Origin: Candidatus Latescibacterota bacterium
GTDB taxonomy: Bacteria; Latescibacterota; UBA2968
DNA length: 64,000 bases
Assembly: GCA_965205975.1 (NCBI GenBank)
Contig: OZ242195.1
Coordinates: forward strand, 384,001 to 448,000
Direction of reading: 5' to 3'
Positions 57,185 through 64,000 of the stretch are shown here, piece after piece (positions within the stretch are counted from its first letter, which is position 1; every line of letters starts with the position of its first letter). The position numbers were made by a program, and so were the translations under genes. Under the pieces are notes generated by a model. The model saw only the letters and a list, made by a program, of their open reading frames with translations. It did no database searches and was not told the DNA's origin.

Positions 57185-57338
57185 ACTGACGTTACGAACA
57201 AGCACAATATCTGGTGCCTGTCATTCTGAGCGGAGCGCAGCGGAGCCGAAGAATCTATTACTTCAGAGGTAAAAGATGCTTCGTCAGCCTGACGGCTTCC
57301 TCAGCATGACAAAAACGCGAGGCATGCGTAACATCAGT
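57185..57338. mobile_element. MITE-like element enclosing a long palindromic repeat
   Basis: 12-bp terminal inverted repeats ACTGACGTTACG / CGTAACATCAGT; inner TGTCATTCTGAG...GAAGAATCT / AGATGCTTCG...CTCAGCATGACA. Confidence 0.6.
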
Positions 57339-57356
57339 TAATCAGATTGGAGAGAT

Positions 57357-58025
57357 ATGATGCGTTTTTTTCTGGTATTCTTGTCGATGATTATTGTTTC
57401 AGTTCAAACGGTACAAGCGCAACCGGCAGATGTGAAAAGTCATGTTGCGGCGCTTAAAGGCAAGACGTTCTGGATCAAAATCGCTTTTGTAGAGGTGAAT
57501 GACGGAATTCGAGGTATTGATGCGGCAAATGTTTTTGAGAATGGGGAGGTTTCATACCGCGCTACAATCGGCGGTTTTCGCCAGTCCCAATCTCAGTCGG
57601 CAGAGGATTTTGCCGAAGAGGTTCGGAATATCATTATAAGAGATGAGTTGTCAGGGTGGAGCGTGCGGGTGATCCAAAGGGGCGCGAAAGTTCAAATCCG
57701 AAAAGCTGAGGCGAGGGAGAAAGAGGTCTATATTGAACTCGACAGACTGTCAGGTGCTCGCCATGCCGTTCGCCTCAAGGTCAATAGGGATAAGTACACG
57801 ATTCCCGAAGTTGAACGCCTTTTCAATATCGCCTTTGCAGCAAGCGAAGCGGAATTAGAAGGTGCAGAGGAGACCGTTTTGCTCAAAATGAATATGTCTA
57901 TTGAAGAAGTGATCGCCCTGAAAGGCAAACCCAAAACGCGCGTTGACCTCGGCTCCAAAACCGTTCTCACTTATGACGACTTGAAACTGATATTCAAAGA
58001 TGGAAAATTGGTTGATGCGGAATGA
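57357..58025 (+). CDS. Exported hypothetical protein with SmpA/BamE-like C-terminus
   Basis: Signal peptide ending VQA; MSIEEVIALKGKP...LTY....IFKDGKLV. Confidence 0.6.
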   Translation: MMRFFLVFLSMIIVSVQTVQAQPADVKSHVAALKGKTFWIKIAFVEVNDGIRGIDAANVFENGEVSYRATIGGFRQSQSQSAEDFAEEVRNIIIRDELSGWSVRVIQRGAKVQIRKAEAREKEVYIELDRLSGARHAVRLKVNRDKYTIPEVERLFNIAFAASEAELEGAEETVLLKMNMSIEEVIALKGKPKTRVDLGSKTVLTYDDLKLIFKDGKLVDAE

Positions 58026-58040
58026 AGTCTCTTCTTATCT

Positions 58041-58823
58041 CTACGCATTTTCCAGTACATCCCTCATTGCTTTGCCCTCTTCGCGGAACCATTGCATTAA
58101 GATGCTCACATCGGTTCCCACGCAAAAGTGTTTCACGCCCATGTCCAAATATCGCTTCGCGCCTCTGGCATCTCCGAGTTCCGCCCGGGGCGCAATGCCC
58201 ATTTTAAGCGATGTTTCGATCACGTATTTTTCCGCTTCTTGCACTTTTTCCCTATCATAGCCCGTGTTCAGAGAATAATCCCCTGGCCCGAATTGTATCA
58301 TATCTAAGCCCGGCACGGAAAGTAGTGCTTCCAAATTTTCGACTGCTTCTTTCTTTTCGATCATGATCGCAACAACGGAATCGCGACACGACTGAATAAA
58401 TTCAGCCCCCCCTGTATCTACACCGAACCGCACGTAACGGCGCATATTTACTCCGTGATGCCCACCATCCTCTGGCGTGTCGGGACGCACGGCTGCCACA
58501 CAGGCTGCCACATCTTCTACTGTACGCACGTCGGCGAATAAAACATTCTGAATACCCGCACCTATGGCGCGATTTGCAATATGTCCACGCGGGTCTTCCT
58601 CGACCTTGATCATTGCCGACATATCGTCGAATAGATCGATAGCCCGACCGATATTATCCATTGTGTGTAGATCATAAGGGGCGTATTCCGATACGTATTC
58701 GATGTAGTCAAACTGTCCTGAATATCCCACCATTTCAAATACCGATGGCCACGGGCTGTGTACGTGGGTTCCCAGACTGGGTTGATCGGCATTGAGCAGT
58801 TCTCTTAGCTTATTTCGGCGCAT
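58041..58823 (-). CDS. HpcH/HpaI aldolase family protein
   Basis: FDYIEYVSEY, LFADVRT, IMIEK, QFGPGDY, VGTD. Confidence 0.85.
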   Translation of the reverse strand: MRRNKLRELLNADQPSLGTHVHSPWPSVFEMVGYSGQFDYIEYVSEYAPYDLHTMDNIGRAIDLFDDMSAMIKVEEDPRGHIANRAIGAGIQNVLFADVRTVEDVAACVAAVRPDTPEDGGHHGVNMRRYVRFGVDTGGAEFIQSCRDSVVAIMIEKKEAVENLEALLSVPGLDMIQFGPGDYSLNTGYDREKVQEAEKYVIETSLKMGIAPRAELGDARGAKRYLDMGVKHFCVGTDVSILMQWFREEGKAMRDVLENA

Positions 58824-58875
58824 GTTTCCTCCTTGGTGGTGTTATGGTAGCGCGTTTCATTTCCTATCAATACAC

Positions 58876-58910
58876 AAAAAAAGCGGAGAAACCCAGTAGA
58901 TTTCTCCGCT
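58876..58910 (-). terminator. Intrinsic terminator of the oxidase operon
   Basis: Minus strand AGCGGAGAAA-loop-TTTCTCCGCT followed by a T-run. Confidence 0.8.
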
Positions 58911-58931
58911 CTCATTTTACGTATCATATTG

Positions 58932-59249
58932 TTATTGCAAATAGTGGCTCGCTGGCATGCCCAACCAGCCGCGACTGACGTAATCTGCCATTGCAAAGGC
59001 AAATAGGATCAGCAAAAACAAAATACCTGCACCTGCGAGCAACCAGGTCAATCGGCTGGCGTATTTGACGTGCATGAAAAACAGAATTACAATCGTAGCT
59101 TTTGTGCAGGCGATACCGAGTGCTACCACATCGTTAAACATGCCCAGGTCCTGGAAAGCTACCCAGACCGTTAGCGCGGTCAAAAACATCAAGGAGGCAA
59201 ATACAGCCAGATAGATGCGTACAGTCGGGCCGTGGTGATCATCAGCCAT
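58932..59249 (-). CDS. ctaF: caa3-type cytochrome c oxidase subunit IV
   Basis: LMFLTALTV, IACTKATIVILFFMHVKY; ATG overlaps the subunit III stop. Confidence 0.9.
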   Translation of the reverse strand: MADDHHGPTVRIYLAVFASLMFLTALTVWVAFQDLGMFNDVVALGIACTKATIVILFFMHVKYASRLTWLLAGAGILFLLILFAFAMADYVSRGWLGMPASHYLQ

Positions 59250-59923
59250 CAGTGTCCTCCTCCCTGTGTGCCCAGAAGGTAGAGCAATGGAAATAGGAAG
59301 ATCCAGACAATATCGACAAAGTGCCAATACAAACCAAAAATTTCAACGGGGGCGTTGTATTCAGCCGTGTAAGTCCCCTGTGCAGTTTTAACAAATACCC
59401 AGATCAACAGACCAATGCCAATAATCATATGCAGGGCATGCATCCCGGTCATTCCGAAATACAGAGAATAGAAGAGAGCCAATTGGGGCGAATTTTCACC
59501 GTGCGGATGCCATACCAGGCCGGGGACCAAACCGTACTCGATCTTTGCGGAGTATTCAAAATATTTGACCACCAAAAAGGTAAGCCCTAAAATCCCGGTC
59601 AAAACCAGATAGACCATGATCCCCTTTTTATTTCCCTCATGCGACTTGTGTACAGCCATCGCCATTGTCAGACTGCTGACAATCAATACCACGGTATTAA
59701 ATGCTCCCAGAGGAATGTCCAGGTGGCTACTGCCTTCAAAAAAGGCTTCGGGATAATAGGATCGGTAGATCAGATACGTCGCAAAAAAGCCTCCAAAAAA
59801 CAGAATTTCCGTAATCAGAAAGCTCCACATGCCAATGATGGCAGATTCCTTCTGTTGCGGCATATCCTCGAACTGGTGGGCCAGTCCGTGCGGATGATCG
59901 TGATGTAGTGCGTGATCGGCCAT
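59249..59923 (-). CDS. ctaE: Cytochrome c oxidase subunit III
   Basis: FLITEILFFGG, NTVVLIVSS, TGMHALH, GLYWHFVDIVW. Confidence 0.93.
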   Translation of the reverse strand: MADHALHHDHPHGLAHQFEDMPQQKESAIIGMWSFLITEILFFGGFFATYLIYRSYYPEAFFEGSSHLDIPLGAFNTVVLIVSSLTMAMAVHKSHEGNKKGIMVYLVLTGILGLTFLVVKYFEYSAKIEYGLVPGLVWHPHGENSPQLALFYSLYFGMTGMHALHMIIGIGLLIWVFVKTAQGTYTAEYNAPVEIFGLYWHFVDIVWIFLFPLLYLLGTQGGGH

Positions 59924-61554
59924 TAGTGCTCCTCAATTGGTCCGTACTGATAGGCTTCTTCTGTCACGACAGGCGTTTCTTCAAAATTAAATGTGGGTGG
60001 TGGGGAGGTCGTTTCCCATTCCAGTCCTTTGGCTCCCCAGGGGTTATCGGATGCTTTTGGTCCCTTAAAAATTGACCATGTCAAATACGCGCCGGGAACC
60101 AGATACCCAAGGGCCAAAATTGATGCACCCAGAGACGATGCTACATTCAAGACCTGAAATTCGTCGGGATAGACGTGATAACGCCTCGGCATGCCCATAT
60201 ATCCCAGAATGAACTGCGGGAAAAATGTCAGATTAAAGCCGAGAAATACCAGCAGGGCCGAAACGCGTCCCCAGATGTCGGGAAACATCTTGCCCGTAAT
60301 TTTCGGCCACCAGAAGTGCATGCCGCCCAGATATCCCATTACCTGACCGCCAACCATAATATAATGGAAGTGCGCCACCACAAAATACGTGTCGTGCAGG
60401 TGAATATCCAGGCCCATACTCGACAAAAATAGTCCGGTCAAACCACCGACTAAAAATAAGCCCAGATACCCATACACGTAAAACATTGAGGTATCATATA
60501 TAATTGACCCCTTGTATAAGGTCGCTGTCCAGTTGAAGGTCTTGATCGCAGAGGGTACGGCTACCAGAAATGTGATGATGGAGAATACCATGCCAGCATA
60601 AGTCGATTGGCTACTCACAAACATGTGGTGGCCCCATACCAGGAAGCCCAAAATTGCGATGGCTACACTTGAGAACGCGACAAATTCATATCCAAAGACG
60701 CGCTTGCGCGCAACAGCAGCCACCATTTCGCTCATCACGCCCATTGAAGGCAAGATCATAATATAAACGGCTGGATGCGAATAGAACCAGAACAAATGCT
60801 GGAATAAGACGGGATCGCCACCGAGGTTCGGGTCGAAAAACCCAAATCCAAATCCGCGCTCGAGCATTAGCAGCACCAGCGTAATTGCGATAACGGGTGT
60901 GCCCAATAGCATAATTATGCTGGTGGCATAATGCGACCAGACAAATAGCGGCAGGCGGAACCAGGTCATCCCTGGCGCGCGCATGGTGTGGATTGTCACC
61001 ACAAAGTTGAGTCCCGTCAGAATGGACGAGAAACCCGCCATAAAAGCGGCCATAGCAGCCAGAATCACATTTGAGTTTGAATAGGTACTGCTATATGGCG
61101 TATAAAAAGTCCAGCCCGTATCAACACCGCCCCCAACCACGGCAATTGTTCCCAAAATACCTGCAACCACATAAACATACCAGCTCAGAAGATTGACGCG
61201 CGGAAAAGCCAGGTCTTTCGCGCCGACCATTATGGGGACTAAAAAGTTGCCAAGAGTTGCGGGAATGGATGGCACCAAAAAGAAAAAGACCATGATGATG
61301 CCGTGCATTGAGAAAACTTTGTTATAAGTATCCGAAGACATCAAATCGCCTTCGGGCGTCATCAGTTCAAAGCGAACCAAACTGGCAAATAACCCACCCA
61401 GGGCGAAAAAGATGGAAATCGAAATAATGTACAAAACGGCAATGCGCTTGTGGTCTTTGGTCAACAACCAGGACTTCAACCCATAACCGTTATTCAGATA
61501 ATTGACGCTCGGCGCATCTTCAGATGCTTGAACATCTTGCTCAGTGATTGCCAT
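59923..61554 (-). CDS. ctaD: Cytochrome c oxidase subunit I (type A2)
   Basis: [40 protein letters not shown]. Confidence 0.96.
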   Translation of the reverse strand: MAITEQDVQASEDAPSVNYLNNGYGLKSWLLTKDHKRIAVLYIISISIFFALGGLFASLVRFELMTPEGDLMSSDTYNKVFSMHGIIMVFFFLVPSIPATLGNFLVPIMVGAKDLAFPRVNLLSWYVYVVAGILGTIAVVGGGVDTGWTFYTPYSSTYSNSNVILAAMAAFMAGFSSILTGLNFVVTIHTMRAPGMTWFRLPLFVWSHYATSIIMLLGTPVIAITLVLLMLERGFGFGFFDPNLGGDPVLFQHLFWFYSHPAVYIMILPSMGVMSEMVAAVARKRVFGYEFVAFSSVAIAILGFLVWGHHMFVSSQSTYAGMVFSIITFLVAVPSAIKTFNWTATLYKGSIIYDTSMFYVYGYLGLFLVGGLTGLFLSSMGLDIHLHDTYFVVAHFHYIMVGGQVMGYLGGMHFWWPKITGKMFPDIWGRVSALLVFLGFNLTFFPQFILGYMGMPRRYHVYPDEFQVLNVASSLGASILALGYLVPGAYLTWSIFKGPKASDNPWGAKGLEWETTSPPPTFNFEETPVVTEEAYQYGPIEEH

Positions 61555-61560
61555 GACGCA

Positions 61561-62511
61561 TCACTCCATACTCGTGAGTTCGGGGGCTTTCAGTGATTTG
61601 ATGTAGGCGATTATTTGAATGATCCCTTCTTCGCTGATCTGACCTTTGAAAGTTGGCATAATGGGTTTGTATCCCGCCATGACTTTGGCGGAAGGGTTCA
61701 GAATCGATTCTCGAATATAGGCTTCGTCAACCAATGCAGTACCGCCGCCTTCCAGAGCTACTGTTTTGCCAAAAAGACCCACCAGAGATGGCCCGCGCCC
61801 TGTCCCATCCACCTTGTGGCAGGTATGACAGGCGTATTGTTCAAATAGTCTTTCTCCTGCCACTTCCATTGGCTCATTCGCGGTCCCGCCCGTCAACCAG
61901 GCTTCGTAATCTTGAGGTTCCAGGACATGTACTGTGCCAATCATACGCGAATGCTCGGTGCCGCAAAATTCGGCGCAAAACAGATGATACGAACCGACCT
62001 GCGTTGCTTTAAACCACAAATCGGTATATCGCCCGGGCACCACATCCTTTTTGACGCGAAAAGCGGGAATATAAAAGCTGTGCAACACATCCTCCGATGT
62101 CATAGTCAGGCGCACCGATTCCCCCAGAGGCACATGTAATTCGTTAATCTCTTTTTTGCCTTCAGGATGCTGTAATTTCCACATCCACTGTTTGCCCACC
62201 ACATACATTTCCATGGCGTTTGGCGGGGGTGTAATTAGATGAAAATATAATACGGTTGCCCATACGAACACACCCAGAGCGAGCACCGCCGGAATGGCGG
62301 TCCAAAATATCTCCAGGCCGAGATGCCCCGCAATTTGTCGCGGCACTTCGTCGTCCGATTTGCGCTGATACTTAATCGCAAAAATAACTACCAGGATGAC
62401 AACTAAGAGCGCGAAAAACACGCACAGTGCCAAAATGCCAAAGTAAAGCGCGTCAACCTGAAAGGCAAAACTCGAAGCTTGATCTGGAAAAAGAGGAAAA
62501 TCAGTCTGCAT
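61561..62511 (-). CDS. ctaC: Cytochrome c oxidase subunit II with fused cytochrome c
   Basis: GKQWMW, DVLHS, CAEFCGTEHSRM (CuA), CHTCH heme motif, MPTF. Confidence 0.95.
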   Translation of the reverse strand: MQTDFPLFPDQASSFAFQVDALYFGILALCVFFALLVVILVVIFAIKYQRKSDDEVPRQIAGHLGLEIFWTAIPAVLALGVFVWATVLYFHLITPPPNAMEMYVVGKQWMWKLQHPEGKKEINELHVPLGESVRLTMTSEDVLHSFYIPAFRVKKDVVPGRYTDLWFKATQVGSYHLFCAEFCGTEHSRMIGTVHVLEPQDYEAWLTGGTANEPMEVAGERLFEQYACHTCHKVDGTGRGPSLVGLFGKTVALEGGGTALVDEAYIRESILNPSAKVMAGYKPIMPTFKGQISEEGIIQIIAYIKSLKAPELTSME

Positions 62512-62556
62512 GTGCCAACTCAAAAGTTAGAGGTCCAATGGACTTTTTTTGAAGCG

Positions 62557-63360
62557 TTAATTTGCCTGCAATGGCGACCGCTCCCGGCGTACCATAATAA
62601 AAATAAATGTCAGGATACAAATTACAGTAATCACACCAGCAACGCGAACCAACCGATAAATTGCCAGCGTATATTTGCCAGTCAATGGATTGTACTGAAA
62701 GCAATAAAGCAGAATCGCATCAATCGGAGAGCTGATCTGATCTTGCGAGGCTTCCAAAAGCCCCAGTTGCAAATCCCGCGGCGCAAATTCGACCCCAAAC
62801 AGATATCGAGCGATCTTCCCATTGGGCGTCAAAATTGCAATCCCGCTGGCGTGAACGTATTCGTCTGTTTCGGGATCGTATATATAGCGATATCCAAGAG
62901 CCTGGGTTAATGCGTTGATCGATGCCCGATCTCCAGTGAGAAAATGCCATCCATTTTCTCCACCTTCTCGACCATATCCATCGACGTAATTCACCTTTTT
63001 TGCCGCTGCTAATTCTGGATATTCGTCGGGATCAATGCTAAATGTCACCACCACAAAATCTCGTCCGGCATTGAGAGAAACGGGCCGCAATCCCGACAAC
63101 AAACCATTCAAAATTTGTGTACACAACATGGGGCATTCATAATATGCGGGCACCAAAATAACGGGGTGATCATCCAAATATCGCGCCAGCATAACATCTG
63201 CCCCCGATTCATTGCGGAACTTCAAATTTACCGGCACAGATGCGCCCAATTTCTGTTCAATCCCAACGGAATCCAGCACTGTGGGATTCGGGGTAAGGTC
63301 CTGCGCCTGCACATTACTGATTAGATACATCAGCACCATATAGGCAAATAAAACGCGCAT
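62557..63360 (-). CDS. SCO1/SenC family copper chaperone
   Basis: YYECPMLC, WHFLTG, YVHAS, LLYCFQY. Confidence 0.92.
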   Translation of the reverse strand: MRVLFAYMVLMYLISNVQAQDLTPNPTVLDSVGIEQKLGASVPVNLKFRNESGADVMLARYLDDHPVILVPAYYECPMLCTQILNGLLSGLRPVSLNAGRDFVVVTFSIDPDEYPELAAAKKVNYVDGYGREGGENGWHFLTGDRASINALTQALGYRYIYDPETDEYVHASGIAILTPNGKIARYLFGVEFAPRDLQLGLLEASQDQISSPIDAILLYCFQYNPLTGKYTLAIYRLVRVAGVITVICILTFIFIMVRRERSPLQAN

Positions 63361-63363
63361 GTT

Positions 63364-63741
63364 TTACTCTCGCACCGGAAGCCCACGTTCGAGCACCAGA
63401 TCTATTGCCCGATCAATTGGAAGATGTACAACCCCGGCATCCCTATCTACCCAACCGTATTCGGTAAGCGTGCGATTGGTTTCGGCACGCACTTGTGTCA
63501 GTTCAGCAGAAGGTACAGTCTGGATCAGCGGTCCCTGATAGGGTTTTTGATGTGCAGCCATGGGCGGCGGATCATCTGTCATATAAATCACGGCTTGTTC
63601 CAGACCGAGAAACATAGCCCACATAGCGATGAAAGACAGAATGGCTATAGCTATGATTCCCGCAGTGGCAGCAAGAATAGGGCCAATGTTGAGATGATAG
63701 TCTTCATAGCCCTTTTCGCGGGCATTGTGTTTTTCTGCCAT
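63364..63741 (-). CDS. Alternative complex III-associated single-TM protein (ActG-like)
   Basis: One TM helix; YGWVDRDAGVVHLPIDRAI; lies between the ActF-like gene and SCO. Confidence 0.65.
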   Translation of the reverse strand: MAEKHNAREKGYEDYHLNIGPILAATAGIIAIAILSFIAMWAMFLGLEQAVIYMTDDPPPMAAHQKPYQGPLIQTVPSAELTQVRAETNRTLTEYGWVDRDAGVVHLPIDRAIDLVLERGLPVRE

Positions 63742-63742
63742 A

Positions 63743-64000
63743 TCAGTGACCTTCTCCGGCAAAGGTTTCTGCCATGCGCGGATCGTGCAATGGCATCAGC
63801 GGTACACCTTTTAGCTGCATCGCAAAAAATCCCAACCACAAACCGCCAATACTGACAAATGTCAGCACATCTGCGACGTAGCGATACAGTCCACTGGCAC
63901 CACCGTGCCCAAAAGCCGGTGTAATAAAATAATAAAGATCGACATAGCGCATAATCAACATAAAAATTGCGATAACCGTCATCAGTGCGGCACGGCGTTT
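63743..64000 (-). CDS. actF: Alternative complex III membrane subunit ActF, C-terminal part (partial)
   Basis: MRYVDLYYFITP...GGLWL...PLMPLHDPR; context upstream of SCO-caa3. Confidence 0.7.
   Translation of the reverse strand, partial: KRRAALMTVIAIFMLIMRYVDLYYFITPAFGHGGASGLYRYVADVLTFVSIGGLWLGFFAMQLKGVPLMPLHDPRMAETFAGEGH

Overview
64 kb of gene-dense bacterial chromosome. No rRNA, tRNA, CRISPR array or intact transposase was recognised. The content suggests (inference only) a Gram-negative marine or sponge-associated heterotroph of the Latescibacterota/Poribacteria type. It includes 3 sulfatases, 5 Gfo/Idh/MocA oxidoreductases, 3 MDR dehydrogenases, 2 PhyH dioxygenases, 2 HpcH aldolases, a dockerin-like secreted protein and the 3' end of an alternative complex III/caa3 oxidase operon, plus housekeeping genes (nadA, hisI, prs, a stand-alone mraY, an LtaE-type aldolase). 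Notable signals the ORF track misses or does not explain: (1) a probable selenoprotein of peroxiredoxin/thioredoxin fold, with an in-frame UGA at the redox-motif position; (2) a complete His-leader attenuator, probably leaderless, before a lone hisI; (3) a four-gene module of DUF2236/Lcp-like oxygenase, MMPL/RND transporter, LolA-like protein and outer-membrane barrel; (4) a tandem amidohydrolase-fold pair resembling dinuclear C-H hydroxylases; (5) an archaeal-type trmY 12 bp head-to-head with a lolA-like gene; (6) a defence islet with a GmrSD-like nuclease and an MNT antitoxin whose HEPN toxin is mostly deleted; (7) REP/MITE-like palindromes and a gene remnant. All family calls come from motif recognition by eye, not database searches.
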